A stretch of DNA of 42,307 bases from an uncultured Collinsella sp. (GCA_905198825.1 CAJKEF010000001.1:1-42307); one strand, 5' to 3'. Shown: positions 8,415 to 17,727, numbered from the stretch's first letter. Notes: generated by a model from the letters alone, not told the origin. A program made the numbers and translations.

Positions 8415-10148
8415 ATGGCTACAGAAAAGTCTTCTTCGCGCTCATGGATGTCCGACGCCGCGATCTATCAGATCTACCCGCGCTCGTTTAAGGATTCGAC
8501 TGGTTCGGGTCTGGGCGATATCGCGGGCATTACCCAGAAGATGGACTATCTTGAGCGGCTGGGTATCGAGGCCATCTGGCTGAGCCCGTTTTACCCATCG
8601 CCTCTTGTCGATGGTGGCTATGATGTGGCGGACTACTGCGATGTCGATCCACGTCTCGGCTCGCTTGACGACTTCGATGACATGATCGCTGCGGCTCACG
8701 CGCGCGGCATCAAGGTCATCGTCGACATCGTGCCCAACCATTCATCCAGCCAGCACCCCTGGTTCAAAGCCGCTCTTGCCGCCGGCCCCGGATCGCCCGA
8801 GCGCGCCCGTTATATCTTCCGCGATGGTCGCGGCGAGCATGGCGAGCTGCCTCCCACCAATTGGAATGCCAACTTTGGCGGCCCCGCATGGACGCGTGTT
8901 GCGGACGGTCAGTGGTATCTGCACATGTTTACGCCCGAGCAGCCGGACTTTGACTGGTCATGCCCCGAGGTTCATGCGCTCTTTTGCGACGTCCTGGCGT
9001 TTTGGAGCGATCGAGGCGTCGACGGCTTTCGCATTGATGTGGCGCAGGGTCTCGCCAAGGATCTCGACCGCGATGACCTCGACCGGTGGCATCTCGCCGA
9101 GGGCGATGACATGGTTGACGACGGCACCCATCCGCTGTGGGACCGCAATGAGGTCCACGAGATCTATCGCGAGTGGCGCCGCGTGTTCGACCGCTATAAT
9201 CCGCCGCGCAGTGCCGTTGCCGAGGCGTGGGTGCTGCCCGAGCGCCAGTATCTCTACGCGCGTCCCAGCGAGCTTGGCCAGACATTCAACTTTGAGTTTG
9301 CCAAGGCCACTTGGACCTATGATGACATGCACACTGCAATCGAGAAGGGCTTGAAGGCAGCCGTCGAATCCGATTCCGCCTCGACCTGGGTACTCTCCAA
9401 CCACGACGTGCCGCGCGTGGCGACGCGCTATGCCCTGCCGCAAATCAAGGCGACGCGCTACCACCAGATTGCGCTCGACTGGCTCTTGCGCGACGGGTCG
9501 TCTTATGACGAGGACCGTGAACTCGGCGAGCGCCGCGCGCGGGCGGCCCTTTTGCTTGAACTGGCGCTTCCGGGCTCGGCATACGTGTATCAGGGTGAGG
9601 AGCTCGGCCTTTTTGAGGTGGCTGATATCCCGTGGGCTGCACTCGAAGACCCTACTGCGACCAATACGCACGGACCGAAGCGCGAGAAGGGGCGCGACGG
9701 CTGTCGTGTGCCCCTGCCGTGGATAGCGGCGGACGATCCCGCGCAGGGCGGATCGTTTGGGTTTTCGCCGGCGGACGCCGATGTGGCGCCCCATCTGCCA
9801 CAGCCTGCATGGTTTTCCGATTACGCTGCCGATAGGGAAGAGGCGGACCCGACATCGATGCTTGCGCTCTATCGTGACGCCCTCTGGCTGCGGCGCAAAC
9901 TGCGCGGGTGTACCAACGATCTTTCGTGGCTCGATCTTGACGGGCGCACCGGTCTTGCGGATGGTGCCGAGGGCGCTGAGGGCGGCGTCATCGCCTATCG
10001 CCGTGACAACGGCTGGGCGTGTGTGACGAACTTTGGTGCAGCACCCGTGGAGCTGCCGGCGGGCAGGGTCCTGCTCGCCTCATCACCGCTTGCAGACGGC
10101 AGACTCGCGCAGGACAGCTCTGCTTGGATCATGCTCGGTGAGATGTAG
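8415..10148 (+). CDS. GH13 alpha-glucosidase / oligo-1,6-glucosidase family
   Basis: YQIYPRSFKDS, DGGYDV, DIVPNH, GFRIDVA, AEAW, SNHD catalytic regions, GRDGCRVPLPW; start reassigned from 7941 (inside tRNA) to ATG 8415 with GGGAG RBS. Confidence 0.95.
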   Translation: MATEKSSSRSWMSDAAIYQIYPRSFKDSTGSGLGDIAGITQKMDYLERLGIEAIWLSPFYPSPLVDGGYDVADYCDVDPRLGSLDDFDDMIAAAHARGIKVIVDIVPNHSSSQHPWFKAALAAGPGSPERARYIFRDGRGEHGELPPTNWNANFGGPAWTRVADGQWYLHMFTPEQPDFDWSCPEVHALFCDVLAFWSDRGVDGFRIDVAQGLAKDLDRDDLDRWHLAEGDDMVDDGTHPLWDRNEVHEIYREWRRVFDRYNPPRSAVAEAWVLPERQYLYARPSELGQTFNFEFAKATWTYDDMHTAIEKGLKAAVESDSASTWVLSNHDVPRVATRYALPQIKATRYHQIALDWLLRDGSSYDEDRELGERRARAALLLELALPGSAYVYQGEELGLFEVADIPWAALEDPTATNTHGPKREKGRDGCRVPLPWIAADDPAQGGSFGFSPADADVAPHLPQPAWFSDYAADREEADPTSMLALYRDALWLRRKLRGCTNDLSWLDLDGRTGLADGAEGAEGGVIAYRRDNGWACVTNFGAAPVELPAGRVLLASSPLADGRLAQDSSAWIMLGEM

Positions 10149-10230
10149 GTGCCTCTTGCGGAGAGTTTGCGTTTGCCTGTACCTTCCGCGGCGGCTGATG
10201 CCCTCGCGAGGCTCGCGAGGGCGTCGCAAA

Positions 10231-10277
10231 ACTTTTCAAAAAAAGTTCTTGCATAGGATGCGGGCATCACGTAAGAT
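10231..10277 (+). promoter_or_regulatory. Probable promoter of tRNA-Gly-Val
   Basis: ACTTTTCAAAAAAAGT, then TTGCAT-N17-TAAGAT. Confidence 0.65.
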
Positions 10278-10289
10278 TAATCCTCGTAA

Positions 10290-10365
10290 GCGGACATGGC
10301 TCAGTTGGTAGAGCACAACCTTGCCAAGGTTGGGGTCGCGGGTTCGAGCCCCGTTGTCCGCTCCA
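10290..10365 (+). tRNA. tRNA-Gly(GCC)
   Basis: Identical to the other two Gly copies. Confidence 0.98.
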
Positions 10366-10368
10366 TTT

Positions 10369-10443
10369 GGGCGTTTAGCTCAGGGGGAGAGCGCTTCCCT
10401 GACACGGAAGAGGTCAGAAGTTCAAATCTTCTAACGCCCACCA
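10369..10443 (+). tRNA. tRNA-Val(GAC)
   Basis: GGGCGTT/AACGCCC acceptor stem, CTTCC-CTGACAC-GGAAG anticodon arm, encoded CCA. Confidence 0.97.
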
Positions 10444-10450
10444 AATGTTC

Positions 10451-10483
10451 GCAGTCCAGAGGCTTTGCTTCTGGACTGTTTTG
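10451..10483 (+). terminator. Rho-independent terminator after tRNA-Val
   Basis: GCAGTCCAGAG...TTCTGGACTGT followed by TTT. Confidence 0.75.
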
Positions 10484-10593
10484 CTATAAATACACATGAT
10501 ATGTCATCAAATTATCGACAACGGCCGCTTTTCCACGACGTAATTGCTGCTCAGCATAATTTGTCGCTAATTGCCTCTTGGTCTCGTGGGGAG

Positions 10594-11232
10594 ATGATTA
10601 TTTTGATCATAACCGTGCACGTCGCCCGCGTTTCTATGGTCGATCCCCGTGCGATCATTGATCTTGCGCCGATGGCACCTCATTATGCCGCTCGCGCCCT
10701 AAACGATGACCTTCCGATTTCTGCTCGCCGAGAGGCTGCCGGTGTGGGTGCGCTTCTTCGTGACGTTTTGGGTGTCTACGAGGATACGCAGCTTGTGCGC
10801 TCTTCATTTGGCAAACCTGAACTTGCTGACGCTAACGCCCCCTCCATCTCGATTTCGCATGCCGCCGGTACGGTCGTTCTTGCTGTTTCTGAGGCCGCGC
10901 AGTTATCTGGAGGACCTATAGGCGTAGATATTGAGTCGATGGATGAGGTATCGCCCCTGGCGGTTAGTCGAATGGCAACTACCGAGGAGCGTGCATGGAT
11001 TGACGCGGTGGGCAATCGGCGGGAACGTTGCCGTCGCATGTGTCAGGTATGGACACGCATCGAAGCCGTTCTCAAAGCGCAGGGGAGCGGTTTTTCGGTT
11101 GATCCCGGCAAGGACGGACTGCCTGACGGCTGGAAGGTTTCGTTCGCCGAATACGATGGCAGCGTCATCTCGTGCGCAGCGCGTTTCGTGCCCCAAATTG
11201 TCCTCAAAGAGCATATCTTTCATGTAGGATAG
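10594..11232 (+). CDS. Sfp-type 4'-phosphopantetheinyl transferase
   Basis: FGKPEL, ISISH, IGVDIE, WTRIEAVLKA motifs; start uncertain (ATG 10594 has GGGGAG upstream). Confidence 0.85.
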   Translation: MIILIITVHVARVSMVDPRAIIDLAPMAPHYAARALNDDLPISARREAAGVGALLRDVLGVYEDTQLVRSSFGKPELADANAPSISISHAAGTVVLAVSEAAQLSGGPIGVDIESMDEVSPLAVSRMATTEERAWIDAVGNRRERCRRMCQVWTRIEAVLKAQGSGFSVDPGKDGLPDGWKVSFAEYDGSVISCAARFVPQIVLKEHIFHVG

Positions 11233-11259
11233 GGCTGATTGCCAACAGGGGAGACTGTT

Positions 11260-11877
11260 ATGCCGCTAGATGCAAAGAACGATATCAGCGCCCGCATCGA
11301 GGATGCCGTTTTTGAGCTTATGGGGACGACGCCGGTACAGGCGATCAAGGTGACCGATGTGCTGAGGCTCGCGCACACCTCGAAATCGACGTTTTACCGC
11401 TGCTATCGTTCTGTTGACGACGTTGTTAAGCGATTTGAGGACGATCTGCTCCAGAACATGCAAGATATTAACGACGTTGCCCTTGAGGCGCGCTTTGGTG
11501 ACGCTCAGCTCGATCCGACGCCGACGATGATCAAGCGTATGGAGATCTTGCAGCGCAATCGTTCGAAGGTGCTCGCGCTCAACAGTGAAAACGGGGACCC
11601 CGTGTTCACGCATAAGGCTACGATTTTTATGCATGAGTATTTTCGCGACCGTTTGCGCTCAACGTTTTCTGACGAGACCGATTTTGACCTGTATCTGGCC
11701 TTTGCGCTCGCAGGACATCACAACCTTGTCCAGTATTGGCTCGAGGTCCGTCCCGATTTGGAGGCGCGCACCGTTGCTGCCGCGCTCAATCGCATGTTCT
11801 ATGCGCCGCTGTTTGTCGACGATGCGTCGCGCCACTGGCACCCACGCATCCCCGATTTTGAAAACCCGCTCGGGTGA
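11260..11877 (+). CDS. TetR/AcrR family regulator
   Basis: N-terminal HTH IKVTDVLRLAHTSKSTFYRCY. Confidence 0.9.
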   Translation: MPLDAKNDISARIEDAVFELMGTTPVQAIKVTDVLRLAHTSKSTFYRCYRSVDDVVKRFEDDLLQNMQDINDVALEARFGDAQLDPTPTMIKRMEILQRNRSKVLALNSENGDPVFTHKATIFMHEYFRDRLRSTFSDETDFDLYLAFALAGHHNLVQYWLEVRPDLEARTVAAALNRMFYAPLFVDDASRHWHPRIPDFENPLG

Positions 11878-11973
11878 ACGGCTGATTTTTAGGGATGAAC
11901 GGTTGCATAGGTTGCGGATTCAGAACAATCCGGCCCTATAAATCGATTTAAGTATGGCCATTTATCTGCTATT

Positions 11974-12032
11974 TGGAACGCCTAGCCCCGATATATCCCA
12001 TATGATGGGACATATCGGGGCTTTTTGTCTCA
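11974..12032. promoter_or_regulatory. Long palindrome upstream of the thiolase operon; candidate TetR operator and/or tetR terminator
   Basis: AGCCCCGATATATCCCA-TATGA-TGGGACATATCGGGGCT; also readable as two tandem TGGGACA-N13-TGTCCCA-like sites. Confidence 0.55.
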
Positions 12033-12198
12033 CGCGTCTCGTTTAACCCCTCGTAAACTAAAGCTACGTTCAAAAGAACCACTGCAGTAGTTCAACGTGT
12101 GACGGCACAGAAAAGCCGCGAGCGCTCTCTCACCTTCGCTCGCGGCTGGACTGCGCCATCATTCCGTACACCTTCACATGATTAGGATGTGATATTCA

Positions 12199-13485
12199 GT
12201 GGTTACGCTCGGAAAAAACATGCGCAGCGTCTCTATTGTAGGCGTAGGCTGCACCCCGTTCAAGGATTTTGAGGAGCATCCCGAGACCCAGGGCATTGGC
12301 GAGGGCGAGGCGTTTGGCTATGCGGCCCTCGAGGCAATTGCCGATGCCGGTCTTGAGCCCCGCGATATCGACTTTTTCTATCACGGCAGCGCCAATCCGT
12401 ATCTCGTTGGCGATTGCATTACCCCAAACATGCAGGTTGCCGATTGGTTTGGCGTTCGTGCCAAGGGCTCTGTCCATCATTCCGAGGCTTGCTGCACGGG
12501 CTACGTCGCCCTTGAGCAGGCCGTGATGGCAGTCGCCTCCGGTGCCTACGATGTTGTCCTTACGGGTGCCTGCGATTTGGCTTCGACGCTTCCCGTTGAG
12601 CATATGCCCTCCCATATTCGTCGGGACTTTACGCTCGACGTCATGATTCCCTCGCTCGATAAAATCTATGACCGCGCTTATGGTCGCCCGCTCGATGGCG
12701 CCTTTGGCGTGTCGTTCGACAACTGGATCAACGAGTATTCGATGCAGTACGACCTTACCGCCGATCAGATCGATGACGCCCTGAACGGCCTTACCAAGAG
12801 CCTTCGCCGCGGTGCCGTCCTGAATCCCCTTGCCTGGTACGAGACCACGGTCGAGCAGGATGCGGCCGCCAACGGCTTTGATACCGCCGACGAGTATCTC
12901 AAGAGCATGTACAACCCGCGCGTTACGCAGTACCTGCGCGTTACCGGCTTTGAGAAGAAGTGCGACGGTGCCGCCGCTGTTGTCGTAATGCCCACGGAGA
13001 AGGCCAAGGCCATGGGTGTCCCGTATGCACCTATCGAGGTTCTGGGTACGGGCGCCTCTGCGGTCGAGGCCGGTCTGCTCCATAACGAGCACTGGGCTAC
13101 CAAGGTGGCCGCCAAGCAGGTCTATGACCTTACTGGCGTGAGCCCGGATGAAATTGATCTGTTTATGTGCAACGACTTCTTCCTGGCTTCTGAGATCGTT
13201 TCGGCCGAGGAGTGCGGCTATATCCCGCGCGGCGAGGCTTGGAAGTATGCGATTGACGGCCGTACTGCATTTGATGGCGATAAGCCCATCAACCCGCACG
13301 GTGGCCGTTGCAACTTCGGTCACGCTCATGGCGCATCCGGCATCGCCGATATTGTCGAGGCCGTCAAGCAGATGCGTGGCGTCGCCGGTGCAACCCAGAT
13401 GAAGAAGGTTCCCGAGACGGCTTTCCTGCGCGGTTTTGGCGGTTCTCAGAACGTGCGCTGCCAGATCCTTCGTACCGTCGCGTAG
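12199..13485 (+). CDS. Thiolase-family protein (SCP2/PhlC/BbsB-like type)
   Basis: VSIVGVGCTPF, EACCTG (nucleophile Cys region), CDGAAAVVV, INPHGG...GHAHGASG. Confidence 0.9.
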   Translation: MVTLGKNMRSVSIVGVGCTPFKDFEEHPETQGIGEGEAFGYAALEAIADAGLEPRDIDFFYHGSANPYLVGDCITPNMQVADWFGVRAKGSVHHSEACCTGYVALEQAVMAVASGAYDVVLTGACDLASTLPVEHMPSHIRRDFTLDVMIPSLDKIYDRAYGRPLDGAFGVSFDNWINEYSMQYDLTADQIDDALNGLTKSLRRGAVLNPLAWYETTVEQDAAANGFDTADEYLKSMYNPRVTQYLRVTGFEKKCDGAAAVVVMPTEKAKAMGVPYAPIEVLGTGASAVEAGLLHNEHWATKVAAKQVYDLTGVSPDEIDLFMCNDFFLASEIVSAEECGYIPRGEAWKYAIDGRTAFDGDKPINPHGGRCNFGHAHGASGIADIVEAVKQMRGVAGATQMKKVPETAFLRGFGGSQNVRCQILRTVA

Positions 13486-13523
13486 TCGACCGCGGTTTTC
13501 GATTTCCCATAAGGAGTATTCTC

Positions 13524-13946
13524 ATGCAACTCAAAGATATGGAGCCCGTGGTCAAGAAGTTTTACACGGGTCTTGAAGAGGGCATCTATTGGGCGCGCCA
13601 GTGCCCCGAGTGCGGAGCCGTCGAGTTTCCGCCTCACCTTGCCTGCAATGCCTGCGGCTACCACAAGACCGATTGGGTCCAGGTTTCCGGTCACGGCCAT
13701 CTGATCGATTTTACCCTGCCTGGTCCGCAGAACGACAAGCCCTACCTCAAGGAGTATGGCAAGTACGCTTACGGCGCCGTCGATATCGACGAGGGTTCTC
13801 AGTACACCTACGTCATCTACGGCATTACCAAGAAGAAGGCCCCCGAGATTCGCGCCAAACTCATGGCGGGCGAGACCGTTGGCGTCCATGCCAAGGTCAT
13901 AGACCGTCCGGGCTACAAAGAGCTTACGTTCGAGCTTGACGACTAA
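13524..13946 (+). CDS. Zn-ribbon + OB-fold (DUF35/PhlB/BbsA-like) thiolase partner
   Basis: CPECG...FPP...CNACG zinc ribbon, VSGHGHLIDFT; AAGGAG RBS before ATG 13524. Confidence 0.88.
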   Translation: MQLKDMEPVVKKFYTGLEEGIYWARQCPECGAVEFPPHLACNACGYHKTDWVQVSGHGHLIDFTLPGPQNDKPYLKEYGKYAYGAVDIDEGSQYTYVIYGITKKKAPEIRAKLMAGETVGVHAKVIDRPGYKELTFELDD

Positions 13947-14050
13947 GTTTTCACCCTTGTAACAATTCGATTCCTCTCTTAGGCCACGGCGGGACCCATG
14001 TCTCCAGCCCGCCGTGGTCGCCCCTCTTTTTATCTTAGAAAGGCTTTGCC

Positions 14051-14284
14051 ATGAACGAAGAACTCACTCAGCAGATCTGCGATTTTGCCAAGTCCGCCTA
14101 CAACTATGACGGCGATGTGACCCCCGAGACGACGTTCGAGACCCTGGGCAAGGGCTCGATGAAGATGATCGCCCTGACGTCCATGATCGAGAACGAGCTC
14201 GATGCCGAGGTTCCCGTTCGCGAGGTCATGGTCATGAAGACCATCGGCGAGCTTATCGAGCGCACTGCCGAAGAGATGGAGTAA
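14051..14284 (+). CDS. Acyl carrier protein (atypical attachment motif)
   Basis: 77 aa, acidic; TPETTFETLGKGSMKMI...IENEL...KTIGELI pattern; Ser at the phosphopantetheine position. Confidence 0.8.
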   Translation: MNEELTQQICDFAKSAYNYDGDVTPETTFETLGKGSMKMIALTSMIENELDAEVPVREVMVMKTIGELIERTAEEME

Positions 14285-14289
14285 CTGCC

Positions 14290-15297
14290 ATGGACCTGAT
14301 GCAGACCCTGCGCGAGCAGGCTGCCGCCAAGCCTATGCGCGTTGCTTTTCCCGAGGGCGAAAACGAGACCATGATGCAGGCGGTCGCAAAGATCGCCGCC
14401 GAGCATCTTGCCGAATGTGTGCTGGTCGGCGACGGCGGTAAGCTCAAGGAGCTTGCCGATGAGCGCGGCATCTCCCTTGACGGCATCGAGATTGTCGATG
14501 TGACCGACGAGGAGGCGAACGCCGCTTGTTGCGAGCGCTACCTTTCTCATCCGGATTGCAAGTTTAAGCCCAAGGGCGCTGCGCGCCGTATGACGCGTCC
14601 GCTTGAGCGCGCCCTGATTTTGCAGGTACTCGGCGATGTCGACGTTATGTTCGCCGGTATCGATAACGCTACGGGCGATATCATCCTGGCGGGTCAGACC
14701 ATCGTCGGTCTTGCTGACGGGGTGGACACCGTGAGCTCGTGCGGTATCGCCGACATTCCCAACTGGAACGGCGGCGAAGGTGGCCTTTTGGCTTTTGGCG
14801 ATTCTGCCGTTTGCGTTGACCCCACGAGCGAGGAGCTTGCCTCGATCGCGATTTCGTCGAGCGAAACGGTACGCTCGCTGACCGGATGGGATATCCGTTG
14901 CGCGCTGCTTTCGCATTCAACTGACGGTTCGATGGACAATGAGCTTGTCGAAAAGGTGCGTCGTGCTCGCGAGATTGCCAACGATCGCCGTCCCGACCTG
15001 GCCATCGACGGTGAGTTCCAGTTTGATTCGGCGATTAACCCCAAGGTTGCGGCCAAGAAGGTTCATCGTGAGTCCGCTGTTGCGGGCCAGGCCAACGTGG
15101 TCATCTGGCCCGATATCAACGTGGGCAATATCGGCGTCAAGATTATCCAGAATTTGACCGGCGCCAATGCTTACGGCCCCATGCTTCAGGGCTTCAAGAA
15201 GATCGTGTGCGATTGCTCGCGCTCTGCGCCCGTCGATGAGATCGTCGGCAACGTGGTGATGAGCTGCGTGCGCGCCCAGGCGCTTAAGGAGGCTTAA
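14290..15297 (+). CDS. Phosphate acyltransferase (Pta/Ptb family)
   Basis: RVAFPEG, ALLSHSTDGS, IDGEFQFDSA, PDINVGNIGVK, GPMLQG, DCSRS. Confidence 0.93.
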   Translation: MDLMQTLREQAAAKPMRVAFPEGENETMMQAVAKIAAEHLAECVLVGDGGKLKELADERGISLDGIEIVDVTDEEANAACCERYLSHPDCKFKPKGAARRMTRPLERALILQVLGDVDVMFAGIDNATGDIILAGQTIVGLADGVDTVSSCGIADIPNWNGGEGGLLAFGDSAVCVDPTSEELASIAISSSETVRSLTGWDIRCALLSHSTDGSMDNELVEKVRRAREIANDRRPDLAIDGEFQFDSAINPKVAAKKVHRESAVAGQANVVIWPDINVGNIGVKIIQNLTGANAYGPMLQGFKKIVCDCSRSAPVDEIVGNVVMSCVRAQALKEA

Positions 15298-15300
15298 GGC

Positions 15301-16413
15301 ATGTCCGATAAAAAGACTCCCTGGCGCATCCTGGTCATCAACCCGGGTTCCACTTCCACGAAGGTGGGCGTTTTTGAGGGCGATGAGTGCAAGCTCAGTA
15401 AGAACGTTACGCACGATGCGAAGGACCTTGCCCAGTTCGACGGGGTTTCGGCTCAGATGCCGTATCGCTGCGATCTGATTCTTGGAGCGCTGGGGGAGGC
15501 GGGCCTAAAGCTCGAGGACTTTGATGCATTTGTCGGTCGCGGCGGTGGCTTGCTTTCGCTGCCCGGTGGTACGTATGCCATCAACGAGGTTATGCTCGAG
15601 CATGCCCGCATCGGTGCGAATGGCGTTCGGCACCCGGCGCAGCTGGGACCCCAGATTGCCCACGAATTTGCCGTGAAATGTGGCAAGCCCGCCTTTGTGG
15701 TGAATCCTCCCGATACCGACGAGCTGTGCGACCTCGCACGTATGACGGGCATTAAGGGCGTGTATCGAAACGTGCACCTGCACGCCCTTAATCTCAAAGA
15801 GACCGCCATCCGCCATGCGGCAAAGCTCGGTCGCCCCTATGATGAGTGCAACTTCATTGTTTGCCATATCGGCGGCGGCATCTCTATCTCGGCTCATCTT
15901 AAGGGCAAGATGGTGGACGGCAACGACATCGTTGGCGGCGAGGGCCCCATGGCGCCGACGCGCTGCGGATCGGTTCCCGCGATCGAGGTCGCGAAGTATA
16001 CGGCAGAGCATGGTCTCGACGTTGCCCGCGCCCATTGCATGAAGACCGGTGGCTTCGTTGACCTTTTGGGTACGTCCGATGCCATCGAGGTGTGCGATCG
16101 CGCCGCTGCGGGCGATAAGGCTGCGGCTCGCGCCTGGGATGCAATGGTCTACCAAATTTGCAAGTGGATTGGCGAGATGGCTTGTGTGCTGAAGGGCGAT
16201 GTCGACGGCATCTTGCTCGGAGGCGGCATGGTCCACAGCAAGGAGCTCGTTGCCTCGATTGAGGAATGCTGCTCTTGGATCGCCCCCGTGTCTGCCTATC
16301 CGGGCGAGTTTGAGCTCGAGGCTATGGCCGCTGGTGCCTGTCGCGTGCTCGACGGTGTCGAGGAAGCGCTCGTGTACAGCGGAGAACCCGTGTTCACCGG
16401 ATTTAACGACTAA
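15301..16413 (+). CDS. buk: Butyrate kinase family
   Basis: ILVINPGSTSTK, VGRGG, HALN, HIGGGIS, GEGPMAPTRCG, YPGEFELEAMA. Confidence 0.93.
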   Translation: MSDKKTPWRILVINPGSTSTKVGVFEGDECKLSKNVTHDAKDLAQFDGVSAQMPYRCDLILGALGEAGLKLEDFDAFVGRGGGLLSLPGGTYAINEVMLEHARIGANGVRHPAQLGPQIAHEFAVKCGKPAFVVNPPDTDELCDLARMTGIKGVYRNVHLHALNLKETAIRHAAKLGRPYDECNFIVCHIGGGISISAHLKGKMVDGNDIVGGEGPMAPTRCGSVPAIEVAKYTAEHGLDVARAHCMKTGGFVDLLGTSDAIEVCDRAAAGDKAAARAWDAMVYQICKWIGEMACVLKGDVDGILLGGGMVHSKELVASIEECCSWIAPVSAYPGEFELEAMAAGACRVLDGVEEALVYSGEPVFTGFND

Positions 16414-16487
16414 TAGTGCTGTGTTTGGGGCGGCCGCTGGTGATGCCTGGCCGCTCCGACCCTTTTCTCTAAGTGTAAGGATGGATC

Positions 16488-17687
16488 ATGGATAAAACCA
16501 AGATCAAGTACCTGGTGGGCATTTATGCTGCCGCCATGTGCATTATGGGCATGTTGGTGCCCGTCCCCATCGTGGCCTCTGTCGCGGCGGCGTTTCCCAA
16601 CGAAAACATCGCTGCCGTCCAGATGATCATCGGCATCATCCCGTTGATGATGGCGCTGTCCGCCATGCTCGTCTCTTCACAGCTTGCCTCTCGCGTGTCC
16701 AAGAAGAAGACGACGCTCGTCGGTCACGTTATCGTGATGCTGGCAGGCGCCTCGGTGCTGGTGTTCCACGACTCGCTCGGCCAGGTCTTAGCGGCTTCTG
16801 CTGTCATGGGCCTTGGTCTCGGCGCCGTGCAGAATTCAACGGACGCTCTTATCGCGGATTACTTTGGCGGCAAGCAACGCTCGTTTGTCATGGGCATCTA
16901 CTCCACTTTTGTTGCACTGGGCGGCATTATCTGGACGATGGTTTCCGGCATCTTGGGTTCTGCCGAGTGGTTCCACAGCTATGCGGCGTACTTCATCATG
17001 ATCATTTTCATCGTGATCGAGGCTGTTTGCCTTCCCGAGGGTCATCTTGAGCCCAAGCGCAAGGTCAACGTGTTTGCCAATATGCCTAAAGAGGTCGCGA
17101 TTATCACGCTCATGAGCTTTGTGTTCGTACTCACGTTCCAGCTCTTCAGCTCCAACGTTTCGCTGCTTGTTGTGGGTCGCGGCTTTGGCGGTACCGTGGA
17201 GGCCGGTCTTGCCTCTACCGTTATGACCGTTGCCGGTATTGCGGCTGGTCTTTTGGTCGGTCCGCTGTTTGCCAAGTTTAAGAACCTGGCCATGCCGATC
17301 GCGTGGGGCGTGACGCTCGTTGGCCTGGGCCTGACGCTGATTGCGCCCGCCTTTATGGTGCTGTGCGTTGCGGGCTTTGTCGTCGCGCTGGGCAAGGAGA
17401 CCTACGTGCCGCTGGAGGGCAATTTTGCCGCTGGCAACTCTGCCCCCGAGGGACGTGCGTTTAACCTCGCCATTGGCATGGCCGGCATCAACTTTGGCAT
17501 GGCACTGTCTCCCATTGTGTTTGAGGCCGTGACGTCGCCGTTTGGTGCAACGATTGACCAGAAGTTCATCGCCGGCATGATCGTCTGTGCGGCTTGTGTC
17601 GTCTTTGGCGCCATTAAATATCGCAAGCTCACCCCGGCCCAGCTTGCTGAGGCCGAGAAGATGGCGGCCAGCGGCGAGGCGGAGTAG
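16488..17687 (+). CDS. MFS transporter
   Basis: 399 aa with about 12 hydrophobic segments; LIADYFGGKQRSFVMG MFS loop motif. Confidence 0.92.
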   Translation: MDKTKIKYLVGIYAAAMCIMGMLVPVPIVASVAAAFPNENIAAVQMIIGIIPLMMALSAMLVSSQLASRVSKKKTTLVGHVIVMLAGASVLVFHDSLGQVLAASAVMGLGLGAVQNSTDALIADYFGGKQRSFVMGIYSTFVALGGIIWTMVSGILGSAEWFHSYAAYFIMIIFIVIEAVCLPEGHLEPKRKVNVFANMPKEVAIITLMSFVFVLTFQLFSSNVSLLVVGRGFGGTVEAGLASTVMTVAGIAAGLLVGPLFAKFKNLAMPIAWGVTLVGLGLTLIAPAFMVLCVAGFVVALGKETYVPLEGNFAAGNSAPEGRAFNLAIGMAGINFGMALSPIVFEAVTSPFGATIDQKFIAGMIVCAACVVFGAIKYRKLTPAQLAEAEKMAASGEAE

Positions 17688-17727
17688 CCGCTCGAGTAGT
17701 TGCTTTACCGCACATCATGTTTTAACG

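Noticed and set aside
12199..16413. Classical butyrate fermentation operon
   Set aside because: No hbd, crt or bcd/etf; the thiolase is atypical and ACP/PPTase are not part of that pathway
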